Shown: positions 39,101 through 49,341 of the stretch, piece by piece
Layout: each line of letters opens with the position of its first letter
Position numbering within the stretch: position 1 is the first letter of the stretch
NCBI GenBank assembly: GCA_030704615.1
Contig: CM060731.1
Coordinates: forward strand, 54,746,001 to 54,810,000
Source: Takakia lepidozioides
Taxonomy: Eukaryota; Plantae; Bryophyta
DNA length: 64,000 nt
Direction of reading: 5' to 3'
The notes under the pieces: generated by a model
What the model saw: the letters and a program-made list of their open reading frames with translations, nothing else
The model's database searches: none
What the model was told of the DNA's origin: nothing
Position numbers and translations under genes: made by a program

Positions 39101-42100
39101 ATCAGCACTGGATTGGCTGCAGTGCTGCAGGCAGGTGTACGAGTTCGACGTTACCTGTATGTGGAAAGGGATGAGATTGCACGACGCGTCTCACTACGCC
39201 ATGTTGCTCAGTTGGTACAGCAGTACCCTGATTTGTTGCCAGTGTCTGCAGTTCGTGAATACCAACAAGCCTTGCCAGCAGACATTTCGTTGCTGGGGGC
39301 GCAGGATTTGGAGCAGGTTGGCTCCATTGATCTGGTAGTGGCATGTTGGCCCTGCCAAGGGCATTCATCAGCCGGGCCATGGCAATGGATTGCGAGACTC
39401 TGAGGACGGGTCCTGTTTTGGTAGATGGTGCGGGTTTTGCGCCCTCACAGTTCATCAAGCTATATCTCCAGCATACATCTTGGAGAATGTGCCACTGATG
39501 GTGATTCTCGGGCCAGGGTGATCGCCAGTGTGCATCAAGTCCGGTCGTGGCTTGGGTCAGCAGTGTTTGTTGGATGCAGCTGCAGTTGGGTCACGAGCTC
39601 ATCGTCCAGGCTATGGTGGCCTAACTTGTTGCCACCCGCACTGCTCAGCGTGCATTTGATGGGGTGCAGCGACCAGCACACCTCACAGTGGATAGTCATT
39701 TTGGGACACCGGGAGGCAGTCTTCAAAGTGTTAGACACGACGACCGTTCGCCCTTGGCAGTGGTCCACATTGGGTCAACCACGAGCAGCATTACCTACAC
39801 TGCTCACTTCCCAGTGATCCCATGCTTTTCGGGATGGTGGGACCTGGCCTCTTGGTGGGATAGCCAGTGCAACAATTAGTGGAGCCCAATGCTGAGAGCG
39901 CGAACGGGCATGGGTTTTACCACTAGTACCGTACGGCGGTGCCATCTCTTTCTGAGGCATCCCGTCGTCAGGTGTTGGGCGAGCAATGGATCCTCAATTG
40001 CTTGACCTGGATTATTTAGGTTTTGGTGCTATGCTGGCAGCGCAGAGTACGAGTACACTCCCCTTGATGGTCTCCTTGCCTACCACCGGACGGTACAAGC
40101 AGCGAGTGGGGGCGAGCATGGTGTAACGCCGAGGTGCAGGCCGCATCCATGCCACGTGGGAGGTGCTCGAGGTTCAGAATGAGTTGGCAGCCAAGGCGGC
40201 GATGATGGATCAGGTTGGGGATTTTTCTCGGGTTGAGGAGGTCTCAAGGATGGGATGAAAGGGCAGGGTGAGACATTGTCACTGATAGAGGAGGCAGTGG
40301 TCACTGCTCAAGAGGTTGCAGCATAGCAACCACGGGACGCGTCTTCTACCTCTAAAGCATGCTGGACTCAAGGTTGCAGCACGGAGGACAACTGGGAGCC
40401 TGATGTTGGACCTATAGTCACCGGAGCGAGAGACGACGTATACGGCGGTTCTTGAGGGCTTACAGGAACTGCTTTGCCTTCAGTTTGAAGGACTTAGGAG
40501 CACTGAAGGGTCAAGAGATTCGATTGCATTGCTGACTTGAGTTGGCTACTGGACACGCCATCTTTTGGAGCCCTATAGATACAGTGACATGGAGAGTCCG
40601 GGAATTCAGATGAGAACTCAGGACCTTTGGGAGGCTGGTTTGGTGGAGCTATCTCTGAGGGAGATATGCTTCAGCCACAGTGATGCCAACCAAGAAGGTC
40701 TATGGGCATTGGGACGGAGAGACTATGATGCGGTGATTATCGGCCGGTAAATCGATCAGACGCACGTCCGATAGGTATGCCATGCCGACACCAGAGGAAA
40801 TCTTTGATGCATTAGGCATGCCAAGGTCCTTTAGCACTTTGATTTACGATCCGGATATCACCAGTTTCCGATCAAGGAGGCGGATAATAAGCAGAAGACG
40901 ACATTCTGGGGGATCAATGAGCACGGGAAGGATTGCCTATACCAGTGGCGGTTCTTACCATTTGGGCGTAAGAACGCTCCGGTAGAGTTTCAGAGAGTCT
41001 CGGACAGGATTCTGCAGGGGTGGAGTTTGCTCGGTGGCTACATAGATGACATGCATCATCTTTAGTGCACGGTGGAGGAGCATGAGAGACACCTTCAGGT
41101 GATATTTGAGAGCGCTTTAGGGCGCACGATTGAAGTTACATCCGGGAAGTGCAAGTTTTTTCACAACCAAATTGGGGGAGTATCTGGATCACATGATATA
41201 TCCTGGAGGATGGGGTACAGTAGACTAAGGTAGAGTCCATTGCACAGATGCCACGCCCCACGGATGTGAGCCGAGTTCGAGCTTTCATTCATGGGATTAG
41301 CAAACTATTATAGACGTTTGTTAAGGGATTTAGTACCATTGCAAAGGCTCTAACCAAACTGACCAAGGTGGACCAGAGTGGTAGTGGAAAGATGAGCAAG
41401 AACAAGCACTTTCAAGAGCTCAAAGAACCGGGTTGACCACGTCCTTTTCAGCTGCATACAGAGGGGCGCATGCTTTGGAGTGGTGCTCACACAGAGTGGT
41501 GAGGTGGATGATGAGGGAAGAGAGTTGTAGTGGCTTATGCTAGTCGCTCGAACAACGCTGCAGAGGCTAAGTATAGCTCATATGAGGGAGAGTGCTTAGC
41601 TGCAGTGTGGGCCGTGGCACACTTCAGGTGCTATCTATATGGCAATCTCTTCACCCTTGTCACGGATCACCAGCCACTCAAGTGGTTGATGGAGTCAGAC
41701 AAGCTTACGGGGAAGCTTGCACGGTGGCACTCATACTTCAAGAGTATGACTTTCAGGTTGTGCATCGACCGGGTTTGGTCAATCGGGATGTAGATGGGTT
41801 GAGTCGCAATCCATGCACGAGCCAGCAGGATGACACTGGAGCTCGGTGGCATGTGAGACGGACGAGGAGATGGTGCCCGGATGGCATGCATCTGCATTTC
41901 TGTGTATCTTGGCAGCAGAAGGCCAGGTTGGACCTGCAACAGGGATGACTGTAGATCAAGTGTTTAAGGACCCTGATGCCAGCAATGAGCAAGGTGGCGC
42001 CACAGATATACATGAGGATTCAGCTGTGTTGGACTACCTCCGCACTGGAGACACGGCAGCGACTGTGAATGCCAAGGAGAGGGATCGGATCCTACAACGA

Positions 42101-42602
42101 GCCAAGAGGTTCAAGTGGGAGGGGACACACCTGCTCCGAGTGTGGGAAGATGGTCGAGTGAGGATTGTGCCTCACCCAACCCGGCGGGCACGGTTAGTAC
42201 GGCATGCCCATGAGGAGTTGGGGCATTTTGGGATGCGACGCACTCATAGTCTATTGCAGGGGCAGTATTGGTGGCGTGGTATGCACACAGAGGTGTGCAA
42301 CAATTTGTGGCTAGGTGCATGGTGTGTGACAGGGTGCGTGCTTCATTCAAACGCCCCTACTCCACAATTGCACCTCTTCCGATCATGGGATTGGGCTACA
42401 GGTGGAGTCTTGACTCGCAGGGCCGTTGCCACTGACATGCGCCCACAACAAGTACGTGTTGGTGATGGTGGAGCACTTCTCTAAGTGGATCGAGTTGGTT
42501 CCATTGCCTGATAAGGCTAGTGAGGGAGCTGCATATGCATTCTTGGATTGTGTACTTAGCCGATTCGGTGCTCCAGCTGAGGTACTCACGGACCAAGGGA
42601 GA
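36197..42602 (+). mobile_element. Ty3/Gypsy retrotransposon coding region (gag with 2 zinc knuckles - protease - C5 DNA methyltransferase - RT - RNase H - integrase), degenerate and truncated inside integrase
   Basis: CWTCGGPHVKRDC and CGHCGKYGHGDAQC knuckles; LLDSGAQ protease; DNMT motifs at 39026-40015; MPTPEEIFD and YIDD (RT); AYASRSNN..YEGECLAAVWAV..TDHQPLKWL (RNase H); HEELGHFG..YWWRGM and VMVEHFSKW..TDQG (integrase). The order PR-RT-RH-IN indicates Gypsy. Confidence 0.92.
39026..40015 (+). pseudogene. Cytosine-5 DNA methyltransferase (DNMT3-like) catalytic domain embedded in the Gypsy pol
   Basis: Motif I LLDLFGGI, motif II YLYVE, motif IV DLVVACWPCQG (catalytic PC), motif VI YILENVP (~39473-39493), motif VIII RAHR..RLWW (~39594-39620), and motif IX/X-like EPNA..RERA.GF and RRQVLG.AMD.NCL (~39880-40010). 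Read across frameshifts. Confidence 0.85.
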
Positions 42603-42603
42603 C

Positions 42604-43091
42604 GTAGTTTGGACAGCGATGTAGTTGTGTAGCGATACGTATGCGCACGACAGCTGTCAAGTTAAATAAACACAGTGTGAAACTAACTAGAATAAATCTA
42701 GTTATTTGTATTTAACACTTGGATTTAGTTCAAGTGTTAAGTCAGGTGTCAAGTTTAGTTTGACACCTGAACCATCTTATGTTCACGAGAGCGTCAGTCG
42801 CGCAGCTCATCTCTCTCGAGTTGAGCCTGCACGACCGAGCTCCTTCACCATGTAGAATCTGAGTGTGCTTATGAAGGGAGAATAGGTTGTTGTGGGGTGG
42901 AGTCCCCATAGCTTGGGGTGCCCCTGGCTCGACTACTATGCTAAAGAGTGATGGTGTTGGTTTTCATGTTTCTTGTGTCAACAGTGTGTTTTTAGTTTTC
43001 AATCATTGTGGCAGACTACTTTATTGTGCATATATGTGTGGTGTAGTTTGGACAGCGATGTAGTTGTGTAGCGATACGTATGCGCACGACA
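42604..43091 (+). repeat. Right-end repeat block: B1 (49 bp) - GC - A2 (351 bp) - 37-bp segment - B2 (49 bp)
   Basis: gtagtttggacagcgatgtagttgtgtagcgatacgtatgcgcacgaca occurs at 42604 and 43043. The B1/A2 junction reads GACAGCTGTC, a perfect palindrome. Confidence 0.9.
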
Positions 43092-43444
43092 AGGGCCTTC
43101 TCTGCGTGGTCTGCAGAAACAAACATGAAAGAGTAGAACCCACGCCCAAGGGGAATGCAGAAGTGATGCGTGAGCCCCCCTTCAGGGCCGAGATGCTTGA
43201 AAGCCCATTGTCTTGCCCAGTGCCTATCCCTTGCACGGCCAGGAAAGTGGACCAAGATCCTAGTATCTTTTAGCAGATGGGAGTGCTCTCTAACCAGTTC
43301 CATGTCGATATGGAGAATCGGTCGATTGTCATCAACCACCCCCGCATTTTCACTCCACAGCTGGAAGTCATCTAAGGACGGGTCGAAAGCTGAAGAAGGG
43401 CCAAAACCCAGAACCCCAGAGCCGTTATGTGCCCTGCGATCCAT
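43092..43444 (-). pseudogene. LINE ORF1, 5' part (RRM/DUF4283-like)
   Basis: ..ILVHFPG..WARQWAFKHLG..IPLGRGFYSFMFVSADHAEKAL, continuing in frame at 32306 after removal of the insertion. Confidence 0.75.
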
Positions 43445-45114
43445 TTACACATTGCGCTCTACCTTCTCATTGCATCTAGAAGGTCCAGCCTGTTTTTGCC
43501 TGTCATCCCTTCTAACCTCTCTTCTGGTATCCCTTCTGAATTGAGGCGCCGCTGAAACAAAGGAAGCCATAGCTGAAGACGGAGGAAGCGGAAAGGCGAA
43601 AACAGGCTCAACAATATACCCGAATGGAGATGTTGAAAGGAGGGGAGGCAGGGAGAAGAGAAGAAGGGGGAGTCATCCAGCAGCCTCATAGCATCAATGA
43701 GAGGGAACCGAAGGGGGACAAGGGCAGAGAAACTAGTCATAAAAAAGAATAAAAACAGAGCCACATGAAGGTTGCGAAGGCGGGAAGAAGGTGAGGGGGG
43801 GTGGGAGCGCCGTCAGAGTAAAGAGGGGACAAGAAGTGAAGCACTCTTCATCTAGTCAGATAGCCGTCACCAGCGGAAGCCCAAGCGAGCTCATAAAGCA
43901 CTTGAGACGAATAAATGAGAGAGGTTGGAGAAGGAGAGAAAGCTGTTCATCAACTTGGAATAAGAGAAACCCTCATCCCGATATCACAAAAACCGAAAGA
44001 ATATGAGGAAAGAGTGACCAAAAAGCTGCAATCAGGGCTCATCCCCCGAAGAAACAACCTGAATCTACCGGGGACAGGAGGAGGCAGAGATGCAAGGTCA
44101 TCACAACCAAGAACCAGGCTGCGTCACAGACCCTGCGGAGCTCTCCGCCATCGCGTCTATTATTTTCCAAATTTTAAAAAATTAAATAAATAAATAAAAA
44201 TCCATTGTAAATTGTAACATACAAGTCTTCCTATAATTTTTGAGTTAGATCAATATTAGTGAACGATCTAGTGAGCCCTGCTAGATTGTTTGTGAACGGA
44301 CTAGTTGACAATTTCAATTCACAGAGCTACCCAAGGAATGCGTTGAGACTGTTTCAGGGTTTAAATCAAGACTTGTCTGACGCTTTGGTCAAGGTATTTA
44401 CGAATGACCGATTTGGCCATCCCTGGATTCAGTACTTATGCCCACTCTAGGTAATGAAACTAACCTTCACTCTCTTTGGAATTCTGCATGAGAATGAACA
44501 TCAAGAGTTATTAAAGACGCTGATATGATGTTATTATTTTCATACATCATCAATGTTGTATCTAAGCACAAGTCAAAGCATGTCACGAGTGAGCAGAAAG
44601 TAATGAGGAGAAAGTATCCACTTCAATTCCGCACATGATGTTAGGAGTTAAGAGTTGGAACTTTATGAATTTCTATCCAACCTTTCTCCTACACTTTTTT
44701 CAACTGTGCATATGGTGTTTCATTTTGAGTATAAAGGTTCAGCTTCGTCATGTTACTAATTCATCAAGCTTGGAGCGCAACTTAATAAGCCGGCTGGAAA
44801 GCAAAATATGCTGCAATGTGCCCTTCCCTTGCCCTGGTGCTACTATTGTATTTTACAAGATGCCTTCTCCATGAAGATGGGGACATCAAATCATGGTGAG
44901 GTTCTTTGATCGGAACTACTTCAAGGCCAATCCAAAATACCAAGTCTCTCGTAGGAAAAGAAGAGTAAATGGAAAACAAATCTAGTTGGTTCTAAGTTGT
45001 TCAAATAAACATACACCATTGCACTTCAAAATGTCAGTATCAGAGGTTCTACAACATACTCTAGACCAGAACCACAACCTCATAGGTAATTTCTTGGACG
45101 CTTAAAAGCGTTTC

Positions 45115-45600
45115 CTTCTAACCCCACAAGCATGAATGTATCATGTTTAAAGATAAGACAACCATCCACCGCACCAGTAGGCCATGGAATCTCAACACAA
45201 TTCATGAACCATGGATACCTACAAAGAAATAAAAGGAAAATGTAAGCAAGAGAATGTAAAAGAAAAATGAATATCAAATATGACTCATGAACTACAAATA
45301 ACACACGCAAGTCTTAGAGCATGCAAAGGCAAAAAAAATCAGAAACAGAATCAGGTAAGAACAAAACAATTTTTTTTTATAAAAAAATCAGTAACAAAAT
45401 AAAAAACGGAAATAGAAATACAACCCACCTGGCAATGGATTCTTCGCCAACCCAACCAAAATCAATGAAGTAAACTTTCTCCTTGTTAACCATGATATTA
45501 TTTGGATGAAGATCCCCATGCACCCCCACATCGTTCACCAATGAGTAACGACTGAGCTCTCTCCAATACTCCAATGGCTATCTTGCAAGTAGCTCCAAAC
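45115..45600 (-). pseudogene. Atypical protein-kinase C-lobe fragment (type seen in fungal and Crinkler-associated kinases), with one intron (~45428-45218)
   Basis: VHGDLHPNNIMV..VYFIDFGWVGEESIAR | YPWFMNCVEIPWPTGAVDGCLIFKHDTFML, split by a GT..AG intron. The N-lobe is absent or decayed. Confidence 0.6.
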
Positions 45601-47809
45601 TCCTTGTGATCAAATTAATCCATCAACAACAACCACCCCTTAGACTCACCCAAGTAATCCATTCAGGGGTTTTTTTAAAGGATTTTGAAAAGGGGTACGA
45701 GTGACTATATTATTGGGTGTAGGGTAGTGCAAGTGGCCCACTCTAGGTAATTTTCCTCGAACTAGTAGGCTACATGTATTTTCGCTCTTGTCATATTTGG
45801 CGAATCAAATGGATGTTGATGAGCAATAAAAGGCGAAGTACAGATAACTCATGAGCGGATTCATCAGACAACTAAGATAGCATATCCCACTTTTGGTGTA
45901 GGTTCTTGAACCAGTATACAAGGTAATTGGTACAAATGAGGTCTATAGTTATGGCTTATGACATATTACAAATAGTGTTATTTGGCACCCCCCCTAAGGC
46001 TAGACTAGCTCGCAAGCATACAAACCAGCCCCCAAGCACACATACAGATCATCAGATATTGACATGGACATTTACCCTGAGGAGGAGTTGAACCTCAGCC
46101 CCATAGGACCCTGCTCAAGGCAGCATAGGTTCCTGCAGCCCACAAGTAAATTTGCACCATACTTGCTAAGATCAAGGAATATAGGCCTGCCATACATTGC
46201 AAAGAAATGAAAATGTAATTACAATTGCATATAATCACTGGCAGATATAATTGTTAGAAGTTAGAAATTCATGGCCTATGTTCAAGATGTCAAGCAAACA
46301 TTTACACCCTGCAAAACTAGGCAAAGGTGCCTAGATTGCATGCGGCGAGAAGCTTTCCAAGTGCATAGGCAAGAGAGGCCACTAGCATCTCCATGGGAAC
46401 GGAGGAGGCCCCACAACCCTCAATCCACTCCTCATCTAGCTCGTCAGATCATCCAGCATGGGGCCGGCATGGCCACATCTGTGCTGCCGCTGTGGGTCCA
46501 CGAGCGAGGACCTTTATAAGACCCCCCAATTTTTGGCAGAAACTACCTTATTTGGACGTCTTTTTCCCTTTGTTTCACTCGCCAAGGGGATTTTTAGGCG
46601 GCCAAATGGCAAAAAATTGCCAATAAAAAAAAGGCTGATTCCATTGTGACTTGTTGCCATCCACCTGGGACGAAATCATGGGATAAAACCTTTGGAGCCC
46701 ACCCATTCTCTTCACTCAAGCTTTATGGACTTGGAGTGCAATATAATTTTGAACAGACTTTACAACAGCAGGCTTGCCCTTGAAGTAGGCCATGTACAAA
46801 CGGTAGCTTTGCCTCATCGGTTTGATAGCAGTAAACTATGGATCCACAAGCAAAGTGTACGGTATCTCAAGTGACTTAGGAGGAACCATGTTGCTGCCGT
46901 AATAATCCGCTAGCTAAAGGATCCCTTTCACAATTCGGTTGTTTATTTCCACATGATGTGATGTACCCGTGTTAAGACTTTGGGAAACATGGAAACTGTA
47001 CGGCGATTTCTGGGAGAATTTGGTAAATCTACTCCCAGTAATGTAGGTGGTAATGACATTCAAGACAAGCTTATTTGTCCAAGCACTCTCTTTGTGCCTC
47101 CTTGCAAATGGTCGAAGTCGAGTGATTTGGGATTGGGCTCAACAGGTGAGGTTAGTTCGTCAACAGTTGGACATGTTGCCTTACAAATCAGCACGACAGC
47201 CTATTGGAAGAACAACCTGAAAACATGCGGACTTTGATGACCAATATGGATTTGGACCATTGGTATATCTATAACATACGGGGTAGATTGAATGTTGTGA
47301 GGTGACATGCATCAAACTGTGGGGGAGTGACTTTTGTGGTTTTCTTGATGCAGGAATCGTAAGAATCAAGTTGGAGAGACGTCGTTTGGTAGCTCAGGAA
47401 TAATGGATGGCTGTTGGTTGACGCATCTTCAGAATACTACAGAAGGTTTGATAGTTGGTGGTGATGAGAGATGCAACATGCCTGGGGGGTTGCTATTCCA
47501 TGAGCTCATGAGCGGTGAGCTCATGAGCTCATGAGCGGGCATGGCTAACCCATGAGCCGCAAAGTAACACACTTCGAATTTCGGCAGATTTTTTTCGGGC
47601 CAAAAACTATAAAATAATCAAAAATCGAAGATTTCCGCGCTCATGCTGGAAGCACTCCGCTCATGAGTACCAGTGTACGCTCATGACTTGGAGCCCAGGC
47701 TCATGGACCGCCAGGCCAGGTCATAGAATAACTGAATTCTGGGCAATAACGACACCGAAATTATCCCAGAGGCAGAGACGCAAGCAGAATTAGGATCCGG
47801 GTTTGCAGA

Positions 47810-48240
47810 CTCCGAAAACGCAATGGCGACCTATAACCGTGGATAGTACTATTGCAGAAGTGCAGGATGGTTGGGTATAACGACGCCGTAATTGGGCACA
47901 GGAAAAGAAATAGCGGGCTGAAGGCTCGGGAGTGAAGCCAACAACGGTGAAAGTAATTGGGCTCTGCCAACCAAATACCCGGCTGCATCCTCCGGAGTGC
48001 AGGTGATAACGGCGCCGAAATGGGTCCCGGAAACCAAATACTCGGCTGAAGCCACCGGAGTGCAGCCGATAACGGCGCCGAAATTGGGTCCGGAAACCAA
48101 ATACCCGGCTGAAGGCTGGGGATTGCAACCAATAACGGCGCCGAAATTGACCTGCGGAAACAAAATTCTCGGCTGAAGCTTCCGCACTTCATGTAATAAC
48201 GGCGCCGAAATTGGGCGTCGGAGAGCAAATACCCGCCTTA
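47810..48240. repeat. Tandem ~63-bp subterminal repeats (ataacggcgccgaaattggg..aaccaaatacccggctgaag), ~6-7 copies
   Basis: Core recurs at ~47878, 47941, 48006, 48069, 48133 and 48196. Confidence 0.8.
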
Positions 48241-48285
48241 CGGTGAGGGAGGCCTTGCTCTCATTTTGCTCTTCACTCTTCTCTG

Positions 48286-48885
48286 TTGTGCCCATCTCCT
48301 CCCTGCTTTGAGTTCGTGCTGTGTCGTGAGGCCATGTCGTGCCCGAATCACATCTATCGACGCCAGACGGGAGTCATTTTCCCGAAAGCAGACGACATCA
48401 TTGTCTTCCTGGATGTTTACAGGGACGATCCTCGACTTGTCCAGCTGAGAGCAATGGAGTTTCTTCCAGGATTGCACGATTCTCCTGGACCCCGGCTGGG
48501 GAGCAGGTGGTTCCTACGCATCATGGACCTGGACTTTCCGCATGTGTGGGAGCCGAACAGATCACGCACAGCGTTGCTGTATCGCTGGAATTGTTGCGAG
48601 TGGACGTATGATGAGTGCATAGGTGAAAACTTTACGCGTGGACGGACTGGCTCGGAAAGTGGGGACATTCTCTTCAGTTATGAGGATGAGGAGGAGGGGA
48701 ACACAGGGCCCACTGTGAAAATGTCCTTCTACCAAGGGGGCGCTATCGATAAACACGACATCCTCGTTAGTTTCAACCGGGCGACAGAAACCACTGACAT
48801 TTTGTTCAAATATAGGCACCCGGTCACTGAGGAGGTCCTTGAGAGGCCAGTTCGAGTTCTTTCTTCTTGGGCGAGGGGACCATAG
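48286..48885 (+). CDS. Intact orphan ORF (~183-199 aa) inside the MULE, convergent with the transposase; possible accessory gene
   Basis: Uninterrupted globular-looking ORF (MSCPNHIYRRQTG...SSWARGP*) directly downstream of the left repeat array. No domain recognised. Confidence 0.5.
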   Translation: MCPSPPCFEFVLCREAMSCPNHIYRRQTGVIFPKADDIIVFLDVYRDDPRLVQLRAMEFLPGLHDSPGPRLGSRWFLRIMDLDFPHVWEPNRSRTALLYRWNCCEWTYDECIGENFTRGRTGSESGDILFSYEDEEEGNTGPTVKMSFYQGGAIDKHDILVSFNRATETTDILFKYRHPVTEEVLERPVRVLSSWARGP

Positions 48886-49341
48886 GTCTTGCATGCTAGA
48901 GTAGACATGTTTCAACTTGCTGACACTCATGGCACATACATTTTCATTCAGAAATCAAGCAACTTCCCTGTGCCATATGGGGAATATACATGCTTCGATA
49001 ATCTTCTGTTAATGTTATTTGCAATTCACTGCCAGTATGCTAGGACGTGTCTTTTGTCGTATGGATTGCTGTTTGCACAAGGTGCAGTATGCAAATGCTG
49101 GAATGTGCAGTAGGACCCTTCCCACTGGGACACGGAACTAGCAATCTTGTAAAGGCATCACATTTGCAGAACAGTAACAATGTATTTGTAGCAAATTGGA
49201 GTCTTCTCATAAAGGTGGACGAAATTCACATGTAGCCATGGCGATGCGGCACCACCAAGTGTATAATTCCTCACAAAAAAATAGGGTGCAAGAAGATGAA
49301 TGTAATATAATTGCCACTTTCTTCTTCCCGAATGTGGAATG

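Larger units (their letters stand above)
32307..43091 (+). mobile_element. 10.8-kb composite element with TGTC...GACA termini, 4-bp TSD (AGGG) and split direct repeats (A1...B1-A2-B2)
   Basis: AGGG at 32303-32306 and 43092-43095. Removing the element plus one AGGG restores LINE ORF1 (DHAEKALKFNTPK*RYRVILFPW). A1 32307-32657 equals A2 42655-43005; B1 42604-42652 equals B2 43043-43091. Confidence 0.8.
25788..44157 (-). mobile_element. Near full-length, degenerate L1-clade LINE (5' UTR, ORF1, ORF2, A-rich tail), interrupted in ORF1 by the 32307-43091 insertion
   Basis: ORF1 RRM/DUF4283-like part 43444-43092 rejoins 32306 downward in frame once the insertion is removed. Zinc knuckle CHHCHCEGHVKADC. 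ORF2 carries APE, RT and zf-RVT motifs. A-rich tail at ~25790-25820 on the minus strand. 5' boundary approximate and no TSD found. Confidence 0.85.

Noticed and set aside
32307-43005. A1 and A2 as the two ordinary LTRs of the Gypsy-DNMT element
   Set aside because: No TSD around A1..A2 (AGGG vs TTGT), no polypurine tract before A2, and the TSD appears only after B2 at 43092. The Gypsy is truncated in integrase and seems to have its own LTR candidate at 34823-36084.
46690-47480. Possible decayed coding region (transposase-like)
   Set aside because: Multiple stops and no motif I can identify.
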